From NCBI GenBank assembly GCA_965223905.1, contig CBDCXV010000009.1, positions 768,001 to 832,000 of the forward strand: 64,000 nucleotides of DNA, written 5' to 3'. A model generated the notes under the pieces. That model saw nothing but the letters and a program-made list of their open reading frames with translations, searched no databases and was not told where the DNA came from. This document shows positions 1 through 8,740 of the stretch, piece by piece (position 1 is the first letter of the stretch; every line of letters begins with the position of its first letter). The stretch comes from Candidatus Latescibacterota bacterium (lineage in GTDB: Bacteria > Latescibacterota > UBA2968 > UBA8231). Position numbers and translations under genes: made by a program.

Positions 1-44
1 GAGGGTAGTGGGCGAAGGAAGGGAGTTGAGGCAGGCACGGGTCT

Positions 45-863
45 TCAGGCTTCGACATCGCTTTCGTTTGCGATGGCGTCTACTACCGGCGTAATCGTCT
101 GGATAAGATCCCGCAGCACGTCAGCAATTTTTTCGGCGTAAGTTTCATCATCGAGCCTACCGCTCCCAACCTCTACCAAAATATCCTGGTCATTATAGAC
201 TTGCCATCCCTCGGGAAGTCTTATTTTGTTTAAAATGTCTTGAAAGACAAAACTTTCTTCCTCTCCAGCCTTCCTATTATGTCTGAATAAGACATTAACC
301 GTAACTTTCTCATTATCCGGTTCACTTGGGGGATACAAATCGGCTTCATAGTAGGTTGCATAACCGCTGGATCTTTTCCAAGGTTCACGCGAGAAATGGA
401 ACCAATAGTAACGAAAGTCGCTATAGCTTCCGGCCCATCTGCTATGTCTTTCGGGCTGGAATTCCGGAGACAGGCCATCCATTGTCAGCTCCCCAACTTT
501 TCGCAAAAAGTGCGTAACGTCGTCGTCGACGTTAGGATTCCTTCCACTATAATCCTGCGACCTGCTGCCAACTTTGACGACATCCATTCCGGGAACGGGG
601 ATAATTACAGATGCCTGTAAGTATAGCGTATCTGCTTTGACGTCCCTGTAGGGGATCAATTGAACGCAGGTTATCAGGTTTTCTCCAGGGGCTTTTTGAT
701 TTAGCCACAAGACTGCGGAGGCTACTTCCGGCGCGAATCTGTGGCTTACCAGAATGATGCGCTGATCGTGATTTAACGCATTGAGATTATCTTCTGCATT
801 GAGGTGAGCCAGCAGGCGGCTCTCGGCTTCCGACTCTGGAATTTCCTTATAGTCAGCGCTCGT
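45..863 (-). pseudogene. 5'-truncated gene, probably the C-terminal part of an endonuclease-associated (NucS/PD-(D/E)XK-like) protein
   Basis: Frame is open from 863 to 45 with no good start codon. Reads ...LNALNHDQRIILVSHRFAPEVASAVLWLNQK...CVQLIPY, a segment typical of the end of such nuclease domains. Lower GC than the flanks. Confidence 0.5.
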
Positions 864-908
864 TTATCCGCTTGCCCGTAAATGCCTGAGCAGTTGCTGC
901 CGTTTCAT
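864..908 (-). pseudogene. hicA: HicA toxin N-terminal remnant (MKRQQLLRHLRASG*)
   Basis: ATG overlaps the hicB stop (GTATGA). HicA-type first helix, then TAA after 14 codons. Confidence 0.7.
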
Positions 909-1114
909 ACGGCGATCTGCTCTTCCACAAAATCGGGACCTGCAGCCGATTTCGCCTCCTGGCGGTTGAATTCGAGGGCTTCTCGAAGGGTCACCCGCAA
1001 AGTCTCAACGAGTTCCTGGTGGGTGCGTTCCTGACAGTTCACTCCGGGGATCTCTTCAATCCAGCCGATCCACCAGTCCCCTTCATTCTTTATTACAGCG
1101 GTGTACTCTGCCAT
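905..1114 (-). CDS. hicB: HicB-family antitoxin (short form, no DNA-binding domain)
   Basis: YTAVIK..GDWWIGWIEEIPGVNCQERTHQELVETL motif; GGAGG RBS upstream. Confidence 0.88.
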   Translation of the reverse strand: MAEYTAVIKNEGDWWIGWIEEIPGVNCQERTHQELVETLRVTLREALEFNRQEAKSAAGPDFVEEQIAV

Positions 1115-1279
1115 TCGTCTTCCTCCATTTCCTGATTGTCAGCCTGCCCGGGGTCCAGCCAAGCCGGGAGCGTACCCGTGGTTTTCCTCTCTCCCTCCAG
1201 ATACGAAACCTCAACGATCGCGGGGCCTTGGGAATCCTTCCGAGAGGTGGAGGAGTCCCCGCCTTTCTTGGCCCAAGGA

Positions 1280-1307
1280 AGTATAAGGGGGGCGTTTCGA
1301 GTGACAA
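1280..1307 (-). promoter_or_regulatory. Candidate sigma70 promoter upstream of hicB
   Basis: TTGTCA-N16-TATACT on the minus strand, about 165 nt above the hicB start. Confidence 0.45.
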
Positions 1308-1435
1308 GGTGCGGGAGGTCCATGCTTAGGGGTGATGAGACAGGTGCCCATTGATCTCTTTGTCAGCGATGAAGGTTTCTTCGATTGTATGTGCGCCACC
1401 CACACCTTCCCCCGGAAAACCCCTGAAGGAAAAAC

Positions 1436-2665
1436 ATGCGCAACCACCCGTTGGACGGAATCGAACGCGAGAACATTGCCATCACCGACATCGACGTCAT
1501 CCCCCTCTCCTACGTCGACCCGGCCGGCGACCTGTGGCACTGCGGCAACTACCAGGTCTGGAAGACCGACGGCGCCATCACCCGGATCTTCACGGATCAG
1601 GGGATCGTCGGCATCGGCGAGGGCTCCCCCTACGAGGGGCCGGAATACATCCGGGAGTACACCGAGCGGACGATCAAGCCGATGCTGCTCGGCAAGAACC
1701 CGTTCGATGTCGAGTTCCTCTGCAACCGCGGCAATTCCGACCGCCACAGCCGCGCCCCCTGGGCCGGGGTCGACTGCGCCTGCTGGGACATCATCGGCAA
1801 GGCCAGGGGGGTTCCGGTCAGGACGCTGCTGGCCACCGGGGACACGGGCGCCGTCGACGAGATCGGGATCTACGCCAGCGGCGGCGTCGAGCACGTCTGG
1901 CACGATGGCGGCGAGCAGTTCCTGATCGAGGAGGCGCTGAGATACAAGGAGCAGGGGTACGACGCCTTCAAGTTCCGCACCGGCACCGACTGGGAACGGA
2001 GCGGCATGACCTTCGACGCCTACGTCCCCATCCTGCGCCGCCTGCGCGAGGCCGTGGGGCCTGACTTCCGCCTGATGCACGAGGGGGTCGGCACCCTTCT
2101 CGGGTCCCTCGAGGCGGTGATCACCGAGTTCGCCCCGGTGCTGGAGGAGTTGGGCTTCTACTGGTTCGAGGAGGCGTTCGGCGGCACCAACAGCGAGCAC
2201 ATCGACCTCTTCGTCGAGCTCAACGAGGCGATGCCGACGGTGATGGTCTCGGGAGGGGAGCGCTTCCTCGAGCGCTTCGAGTCGCAGGTCTGGCTCGACC
2301 GCGGCGCCCTCGACATCATCCAGACCGACTGCAACGTCGCCGGCCTCACCGAGAACTGGTACATCGCGCGCATGGCCCATCTGCGCGGCAAGCTCGCCAT
2401 CCCTCACAACTGGCACGGCGGCGGCGGCACCATGGCCAACGCCCACTACGTCGCCGCCATCCCCAACCGCGACTACTGCGAGCTGAACCAGACCCGCAAC
2501 CCGCTGAAGGAGGAGATCTTCAAGGAGCCCCTGACCGTGGAGAACGGGGTCATGAAGCTGCCGGACAGGCCGGGCTTCGGGGTCGAGCTGATCGACGGCG
2601 TCGAGAAGAGATTCCCCTACGTACCGGGGTCGTACAGCAAGCCGAACGAGCGCCTCCCGGGATAG
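1436..2665 (+). CDS. Mandelate racemase/muconate lactonizing enzyme (enolase superfamily)
   Basis: GIVGIGEG, VDCACWDIIGK, WFEE, SGGE, IIQTD, PHNW and PDRPGFGVE motifs; GAAGGA RBS. Confidence 0.92.
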   Translation: MRNHPLDGIERENIAITDIDVIPLSYVDPAGDLWHCGNYQVWKTDGAITRIFTDQGIVGIGEGSPYEGPEYIREYTERTIKPMLLGKNPFDVEFLCNRGNSDRHSRAPWAGVDCACWDIIGKARGVPVRTLLATGDTGAVDEIGIYASGGVEHVWHDGGEQFLIEEALRYKEQGYDAFKFRTGTDWERSGMTFDAYVPILRRLREAVGPDFRLMHEGVGTLLGSLEAVITEFAPVLEELGFYWFEEAFGGTNSEHIDLFVELNEAMPTVMVSGGERFLERFESQVWLDRGALDIIQTDCNVAGLTENWYIARMAHLRGKLAIPHNWHGGGGTMANAHYVAAIPNRDYCELNQTRNPLKEEIFKEPLTVENGVMKLPDRPGFGVELIDGVEKRFPYVPGSYSKPNERLPG

Positions 2666-3034
2666 GGAAGGGGGATGGCCGGGGCAGCCGGTCGACATCG
2701 ATCTGGGATTTGGGGAACCATCCTGGGTGTGGGCTGGGCTCTCAATGTCGAAATCCACCGCGACGAGAGACTCATCCCCCAAGGCGTGGAACTGCCGTCC
2801 CTCCGCCCCCGCTGCCCACGGATCTGGCCGGTTATTTCCGGCACGGTGGGGCGCAGTGCCGCGAGTCGTTACAACGGCGGCGTTCGATGCGACGCTGTTG
2901 TTGCCCGGTTCGCCGCCGGTCCTGCTTTTGCCCCTTGGTACTGAAAAACCCCCGCTGCCGCAGTGGCGTCGGGGGTTTGGCCCGTCCAGGTGGTTTGCCC
3001 GAGTGTGGGAGAGTCTGGGCGGTGGATTTCCCTG

Positions 3035-3442
3035 CTAGCCGGCTTTATGAGTCAGCAGCGTCACACCCTCAAGCCGAGCTGCCTTCTGATCGAAGGTGTG
3101 CAGCGGGTGGGCGCCCGCCCGGTCGGCTGCCGCCAGGATCATCAGGTCGGAAAAACCAGCGTCACCCGCCCGGTAGCGGGAGGCCGCACGGCCCACATCG
3201 TCGGCTGCCTCGATTACGAGACCCTCGGTCGCTACCAGTTCTTCCAATTTCGTCGCAATCTGGTCACGGGAAAAGCCGTAGGCCCGTTCCAGCACCCAGA
3301 CAGTCTCGACGGTAACCTCGCGACAGACGTAGCCCGGACGGTCCACCGTGAGCGACTCCAGTAACGACCGGGCGGCCTCCGCCTGTTTGGCGTCGTCGCG
3401 TACCAGATAGCGGACGAGGACATTGGTATCGAGTCCGATCAT
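3035..3442 (-). CDS. vapC: VapC PIN-domain ribonuclease toxin, apparently intact
   Basis: MIGLDTNVLVRYL, ETVWVL, GFSDLMI and TFD, with the four acidic residues present; start overlaps the upstream stop. Confidence 0.92.
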   Translation of the reverse strand: MIGLDTNVLVRYLVRDDAKQAEAARSLLESLTVDRPGYVCREVTVETVWVLERAYGFSRDQIATKLEELVATEGLVIEAADDVGRAASRYRAGDAGFSDLMILAAADRAGAHPLHTFDQKAARLEGVTLLTHKAG

Positions 3443-4440
3443 TCCTCACACGCCCCGTCGGCTATGGCCTGCTCCATTTCCTCTACAGTGACGGTGGGGC
3501 CGTCATGCCGGAGCGCACCAAACAGCCGACTGATGGGAGGCACGGGTGGATTTCGCACCTCGTCGTCGGGAATTTTTCCGGTAGAACCGTATTTGAGCCT
3601 ATCCATAACAGAATCGATTTGATCTTTTTCGTAAGAGAAAATTATTGTTTTTGAATCGTCGCCGAACATCCACTGCCGATAGTAAGACATTTCACCTTGT
3701 GTTTCGCCAGATGCAATCGCATCTGCGAATGCCAACGAAACCAAGTAGTCCAAGTCATGTTTTGTGTTTGCCAGGCCTTTCTCAAACGGACTATCTCGAC
3801 GTTGGCGGTCACAGGACACTGCAAGAAGCGATTTACAGTAATGCCATATAACCCAACTTTCATCCACGTCATCAGGATTTTTGACAACGTCCTTCAGCGC
3901 TAACCGAATTATATCTGGATCGTTGACGATGTTGTAACAAATTTGCACGATTTCCTCATCATGGCCTGGTTTGTTTTTGATCTTTTTCGCCATTTTTTGA
4001 TCCAATGGTTCACAGTCTGCGGTTGTCTGCAGTCGTTCAAGTATATCTTGACCCTCTCGTTTTTTATCTTCCTGTTCAATAATCGCTTTCAAATCGACAG
4101 GTTCCCACTCTGGATTATCTGCTATCATTTGCCGCATGCGTTTGGTTCTTTCATCATGCAAAGGACCGCCGTACGGACGGTTCTGTTCAATCTCGACCTT
4201 CAACATCTCGGACACATGGGCCCAAACCTCGATAGCGTCCGAACACGCCGTCAGCTTGCACTTTGATGCGGGCCATTGCGCGGAATTGGCAGTGCTGCAA
4301 AGCTCGTATGCTAAAGTGTCGATTAGCACGATACGACCGCCTTGTTCGCACATGTAACGAAACGGCGCACCATCCCTGTGCATGCCCTGAATGTAACTTT
4401 TGTCAATGATGATGCGTGGGTTCGTCGTGTGTTCGTTCAT
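3439..4440 (-). CDS. AT-rich hypothetical protein (possible divergent PIN-like fold) with an AbrB/VapB-like antitoxin C-terminal tail
   Basis: 333-aa ORF with AAGGAAAGAGG RBS. The last ~45 aa (DEVR..PVPPISRLFGALRHDGPTVTVEEMEQAIADGA) resemble AbrB-type antitoxin C-termini, and GC rises there. Confidence 0.6.
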   Translation of the reverse strand: MNEHTTNPRIIIDKSYIQGMHRDGAPFRYMCEQGGRIVLIDTLAYELCSTANSAQWPASKCKLTACSDAIEVWAHVSEMLKVEIEQNRPYGGPLHDERTKRMRQMIADNPEWEPVDLKAIIEQEDKKREGQDILERLQTTADCEPLDQKMAKKIKNKPGHDEEIVQICYNIVNDPDIIRLALKDVVKNPDDVDESWVIWHYCKSLLAVSCDRQRRDSPFEKGLANTKHDLDYLVSLAFADAIASGETQGEMSYYRQWMFGDDSKTIIFSYEKDQIDSVMDRLKYGSTGKIPDDEVRNPPVPPISRLFGALRHDGPTVTVEEMEQAIADGACEE

Positions 4441-4489
4441 TGTCCTCTTTCCTTTTCACCAGTTTTCAGTTTTATCTGTGTCTATCCCT

Positions 4490-4757
4490 TCAGGTTTCGA
4501 CCAAGCTCCGCACTCCGAGGGCGTCAAAGACCGCGACCGCACGGTCAGCGGCAACGCTTCTAATGTACCCGGTCTGCGCCGCCTGCGCGAGGCCGTCCGA
4601 CGGCGCCCTTGACATCATCCAGACCGACTGCAACGTTACCGGCCTTATCGAAAACTGGTACATCGCTCGCATAGCCCATCAGCGCGGCAAGTTCGCCGCC
4701 ATCCCCAACCACGACTACTGCGAGCTGAACCAGACCCCACAACCCGCTGAGGAAGGG
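4490..4757 (+). pseudogene. Collapsed, degenerate copy of the central/3' part of the enolase-superfamily gene at 1436
   Basis: Blocks match 2033-2055, about 2301-2400 and about 2451-2510, joined by internal deletions. Mismatches are mostly C>T and G>A. Confidence 0.9.
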
Positions 4758-4821
4758 TAGGGGGGCCGCTGGGAGTAACCCCTTTGGTTACGAAGCGGGC
4801 AGGTTTCGGTTTATTTTGCCC

Positions 4822-4839
4822 TGTGGTAGATGAACTACA
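4822..4839. promoter_or_regulatory. Imperfect palindrome, possible antitoxin operator
   Basis: TGTGGT-agatga-ACTACA, about 30 nt upstream of the dinJ-like ATG. Confidence 0.3.
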
Positions 4840-4867
4840 AACGAAGCTATTCCAAGAAAGCATCGGG

Positions 4868-5124
4868 ATGAGTAATGACTCCGTCGTAAGTGCTCGAATC
4901 GACAGGGATACCAAGGCTCGAGCTACAGAGGCGCTGCAGGCCATGGGCATGTCGGTGTCCGATGCGATCCGCCTGCTGTTGCTGCGAGTGGCGGATGAGA
5001 AACGGCTGCCATTCACCGTACAGGTTCCTGATGCAGAAACCGTCGAAGCGATGAAAGAGTTGGACGAGGGTAAAGGCAGGCGTTTCGGCAGCGCCGAGGA
5101 ACTGTTCAAGACCTCGGCACTTGA
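4868..5124 (+). CDS. dinJ: RelB/DinJ-family antitoxin with a 1-nt deletion near the 3' end
   Basis: VVSARID..TKARATEAL..MGMSVSDAIRLLL.RVADEKRLPF. Restoring one G at about 5110 gives ...ELFKDLGT* (TGA 5122-5124). As assembled it reads through to 5251. Confidence 0.85.
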
Positions 5125-5125
5125 G

Positions 5126-5170
5126 GTGACCCCGGTCCGATCCACGCGGTTCAAGCGCGACGTGAGAAGA
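5126..5170 (+). pseudogene. yafQ: YafQ toxin N-terminal remnant (MTPVRSTRFKRDVRR)
   Basis: FKRD motif directly after the expected dinJ stop; similarity ends after about 15 codons. Confidence 0.7.
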
Positions 5171-5317
5171 CCAGGCCCTGGCGGGAACCGCCCCGTGTCG
5201 GCACCGGGGGGTTACAGGTCGGTCACTTCCTCGGATCGCGGGGGTTGCTGATCGCGGACCGCGAAAATACCGGAATGTTCGTCCCTCCAATCCGCCGCAC
5301 CGATGAGGCCAGCATTC

Positions 5318-5716
5318 CTACCTGCCCGCCGCCTCTTCAACGTATTCCTTCACGAGCAGCAGGTTTTCCATCGATCCCTCCAGCAACCGTTGCATAGGCG
5401 TCTGTTCGCCCAACGCCGCGTGCTGCTCACGGAGCCACTTGTTCTCGGTTTCCTCACTCAGGAACAACGCGGACAACGTCTTGCGGATGCGAAAGAGATG
5501 GGCGATCCGGTCCTTGGTGTCGCGTCCTTTGAGAGCGGTGCGTCCACTCAGCAAGTCCGACACATACGGCATTTCCGACCGTTCGTACCCGAGCAGCGGC
5601 ACAGCGTCTTCAGGATCCAGTTGCCAGGTTTCCAGGAGTTTGTTGATGAACTGGGCGGGGCCAGTCAACGTTTCTTTCGATTCTTGCATCTGACCTGCTG
5701 ACCCCCGGTGCCCCAC
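5318..5716 (-). CDS. Xre/MbcA/ParS-type antitoxin; no RES toxin downstream
   Basis: KDRIAHLFRIRKTLSALF...ENKWLRE.HAALGEQTPMQRLLEGSMENLLLVKEYVE C-terminal pattern. Confidence 0.8.
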   Translation of the reverse strand: MGHRGSAGQMQESKETLTGPAQFINKLLETWQLDPEDAVPLLGYERSEMPYVSDLLSGRTALKGRDTKDRIAHLFRIRKTLSALFLSEETENKWLREQHAALGEQTPMQRLLEGSMENLLLVKEYVEEAAGR

Positions 5717-5717
5717 C

Positions 5718-6485
5718 TCAGCTGCGCCCGCCGCAGGCGACGATCGTCTGTCCGGTGATGAAGCTCGATTCCTCGGAGAGCAGGAACTTGACCGCGGCGG
5801 CCATCTCTTCGGGTGCCGCCATGCGCCCGAGCGGGGTGGCCGCGATCAGCTGCTCGACCATGTCGGGGTTGGCCGACCGCCCCATCTCGGTGTCGGTCAG
5901 CCCGGGAGCGAGGCAGTTGACGCGGATGTTGTGGGGGGCGAGCGCCTCGGAGCAGTGGCGGGTGAAGGCGACCACGGCCGCTTTGGTCGTCGCGTACGGG
6001 ATCATGTTCTTCTTCAGCAGCATCGCCGCCAGCGACGAGATGTTGACGATGCGTCCGTAGCCGCGGGCGATCATCGAGTCCTTGACCGCCCAGGTGGTCA
6101 GGAACGGTCCGTCGACGTTGACCTCGAACATCCTCTTCCAGTCCGAAAAGCCGACCTCCTCGTGCGGGGCGTTGTCGGCCATGCCGGCGTTGTTGACCAG
6201 CAGGTCGACAGGGCCGAGCCCGGACCCAACGGCCGCGACCATGCGCGCCACCTCCTCTTCCCGGGAGACGTCGGCCTGGACGATGATGCCCCTGGCGCCG
6301 GCGGCCTCTACCTGCTCCAGGGTTTCGCGTGCCGCAGCCTCGTTCCGCGCGTAATTGATCGCGACCGCGGCCCCGTGCTCGGCGAGCATGACGCAGACAG
6401 CCCTTCCGATGCCGCGCGAGCCCCCGGTCACCAGGGCGGTGCGGTTCGCAAACGGGAGGGCGGGGTTTTTCTCAGCCATACGCAC
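5718..6485 (-). CDS. SDR-family oxidoreductase (FabG-like)
   Basis: TGGSRGIG, NNAG, YATTK, RVNCLAPG. Confidence 0.93.
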   Translation of the reverse strand: MRMAEKNPALPFANRTALVTGGSRGIGRAVCVMLAEHGAAVAINYARNEAAARETLEQVEAAGARGIIVQADVSREEEVARMVAAVGSGLGPVDLLVNNAGMADNAPHEEVGFSDWKRMFEVNVDGPFLTTWAVKDSMIARGYGRIVNISSLAAMLLKKNMIPYATTKAAVVAFTRHCSEALAPHNIRVNCLAPGLTDTEMGRSANPDMVEQLIAATPLGRMAAPEEMAAAVKFLLSEESSFITGQTIVACGGRS

Positions 6486-7308
6486 CCTTGGCGTGCCGCC
6501 CGAGCATGCGCTGCAGCCGCGGCGAGGCCCCCTCCCAGACGTGCTCGGGCATGCGGTAGTCGATGAAGGGGTAGAACTTCTGGGAGACGAACCGCTTGCT
6601 GTAGGTCACCCCGGCCATCAGGCGGGTGCGGTCGGAAGTGTTGGGGGCGCCCCGGTGCCAGACCTGGTTGTTGAACATGTAGGCGTGGGTCCGGAGGGCG
6701 AGGAAGGAATGCGGGCCGTTGCCGTCGAAGCAGGGCCGGTCCTGCACCCCGGGCCGCCGCCCGGCGAAATGGCTCCCTGGGACGATCTGTGTGGGACCGT
6801 GCATCAGCTCCTCGACGTCGGTCAGCGGCGTGAAGACCTGCACCACGAAGCAGGGCAGCGGCACCTCTGGAGAGTGGCGGGGGATGTGCCGCGGCAGCGG
6901 GAAGTGGATGAGGTCGTCGAGGTGCCAGCCCCCCGGGCCGTCGGTCACAGCGCCGGGATCGGGCGGGGTGTACAGGGCGTTCTGGGACATGCAGTGGCAG
7001 TCCTCCCCGAGGATCGCCTCGGCGAGGCTGGCGAACGGCTCGCGGACGATGAGGTCGCGGAAGGCCGCGGAGTACTCGAACATGCGCATGAGACTGGTGC
7101 CGCGGATCTGATCCCGCTCCGGCTCGTGCATGGCCGCATCGTCCCACTTGCCCTGCATGTCCTCGCGCAACGCCTCGACCTCTTCCAGCTCCAGCACCGG
7201 GCCGAGGTCGCAGTACCCCTCCCGCTGGAACCGGGAGATCAGGCGTGCGGTCTCTTCGGTGGTGAACGGCTCACCGGGGAGAATGGCGCTGTCGGGCAGG
7301 CAGTTCAT
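6472..7308 (-). CDS. Phytanoyl-CoA dioxygenase (PhyH) family Fe/2-OG enzyme
   Basis: WHLD, GPTQIVPGSH, WHRGAPN, distal R. Confidence 0.9.
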   Translation of the reverse strand: MNCLPDSAILPGEPFTTEETARLISRFQREGYCDLGPVLELEEVEALREDMQGKWDDAAMHEPERDQIRGTSLMRMFEYSAAFRDLIVREPFASLAEAILGEDCHCMSQNALYTPPDPGAVTDGPGGWHLDDLIHFPLPRHIPRHSPEVPLPCFVVQVFTPLTDVEELMHGPTQIVPGSHFAGRRPGVQDRPCFDGNGPHSFLALRTHAYMFNNQVWHRGAPNTSDRTRLMAGVTYSKRFVSQKFYPFIDYRMPEHVWEGASPRLQRMLGRHAKGAYG

Positions 7309-7413
7309 GGGAAGGGGAGTGGTTGCGGAAATATTACCGGATCGGCTGCGCCGCAGGGGGGAACGCGTTCCGGCGCGGGGCGGTCCCGGGGAAATGGCCG
7401 GCGCCGTTGCCCA

Positions 7414-7510
7414 CTAGTGTCGCGTCCCACGGATAACTTGAAAAATCCGGCGCTGAGACGGGATGGATCGGCGCCGGAAATTGTAAGGGATTCCTGGGAC
7501 GCGACACTAG
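7414..7510. mobile_element. 97-bp MITE-like palindromic element
   Basis: Perfect 16-bp inverted ends CTAGTGTCGCGTCCCA / TGGGACGCGACACTAG, with further imperfect internal pairing (TCCGGCGC/GCGCCGGA). Confidence 0.7.
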
Positions 7511-7512
7511 GG

Positions 7513-8507
7513 TCAGTCGAGGCTGTAGAACCCGTAGCGGAGCGACCAGCGATCCGCCTGCCCCGGGGGGATCTTCAGGTCGATGAACGGCTCGGGGCAC
7601 AGGGTAGTGGACGGGGACCAGTACTGCAGCTTCGACATCGGCCGGTCGCCGTCCATGCGCACGCCTGCCCCGGTCCTGCGGTTCTCGATGGCGAAACGGT
7701 GATCCTCGGCCCGGCCTGAAAACCATTCAACAGCGTCAGGATGAAGGCTCCCTCCGGGATCTCCTCGAGATAGGTCAGCTCCTTCCCCCTCACCTCGGCG
7801 AACCCCTTCAGATCCTGGTCGGGTAGCGGCGGGAACGGAAAGCGCACGACGAAATCCGGGCCGGTCGCCTGCCCGTCGATGACGAAGAAGTTGTGATTGT
7901 ACACGTCCGTTTCGATGGCGAGGCGGCCGCTGTTTTCGAGGACGTGATCGATCACCAGTTCGGGGCTTCCGGGGGTGAGGGTCAGCCGCTTCGAGTACGC
8001 ATACCCGTACCCGGAGCTGTCGTCCCTGACGGACTGGCCGAACTCGATCCAGTTGCCGCCCCGGGAGACCGTCCAGCCGCCGTGGTCGACGATGCGGTAG
8101 GTGTGGTTCCAGCGGAAATCCTCTTCATCCGGCTGCCGGCAGACCCCGACGCCGATGCGAACGAAGGATGCCCCGGGCTCTCCCGGCCGGTACCCGAGCG
8201 CTCCAAAGGAGTCGACCGGGCCGGTAATGCGGTCGTGCAGATAGGGGTCGTCCGACTCCTGCCACTCCCCGAAATACTCGTGCCCGTCATGGGTCAGGCT
8301 GTAGATGACGCCCGACCAGTCGAAGCGGGTGCCGCGGTAGTACCCGTTTTCGCTGTCGGGCAGGTAGATCCCGGCCGTGACCAGGTCGTTGGAGATGGAG
8401 GCTGTCGGGGCGGGGCCGGCCGAGGCCATGGACGCGGAGGTGGAGAGCGCGAGGAGCATCGGCAGCAACAGGTTCAGTGAAGGTAATTCTGGGAAAATCC
8501 GATTCAC
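7513..8507 (-). CDS. Secreted galactose-mutarotase-like protein; one frameshift at a homopolymer (7719-7722)
   Basis: Signal peptide, YYRGTRFDWSG and YNHNFF. Adding one T restores ...HRFAIENRRTGAGV...LCPEPFIDL...YGFYSLD*. Confidence 0.75.
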
Positions 8508-8527
8508 GAGTCAGCTGGTTCGGGAAT

Positions 8528-8740
8528 TCAGGCGATGGAAGGAGAGCGGACCCTTAGTTGAATGCGGAAGTCGATCATCTCGCGGAGAGCGGCGCCCCCA
8601 TTGGAATTGCGTTCTTCCCTCACTCGCAGGTCGAATTCTGTAACAGCCCTGGAAATTTCCTCCCACAACGGTTGCAGCCCGAGTCTCTCAATCTTGCTCT
8701 GGGCCCCATTGTAATATTTCTCCTCGACTATTTCGGGCAT
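8528..8740 (-). pseudogene. Truncated type II restriction endonuclease (N-terminal ~60 aa)
   Basis: ATG overlaps the MTase 3' end. MPEIVEEKYYNGA...NGGAALREMID ends at 70 aa, far too short for a REase. Call rests on position and recalled BamHI/BglII-like N-termini. Confidence 0.55.

Noticed and set aside
2301-4757. DGR template/variable repeat pair
   Set aside because: Mismatches are mostly C>T and G>A with indels rather than adenine-specific, and there is no reverse transcriptase in the window.
45-5716. Integron cassette array
   Set aside because: No recognisable attC sites, mixed orientations, and the recombinase at 19871 is Cre-like rather than IntI-like.
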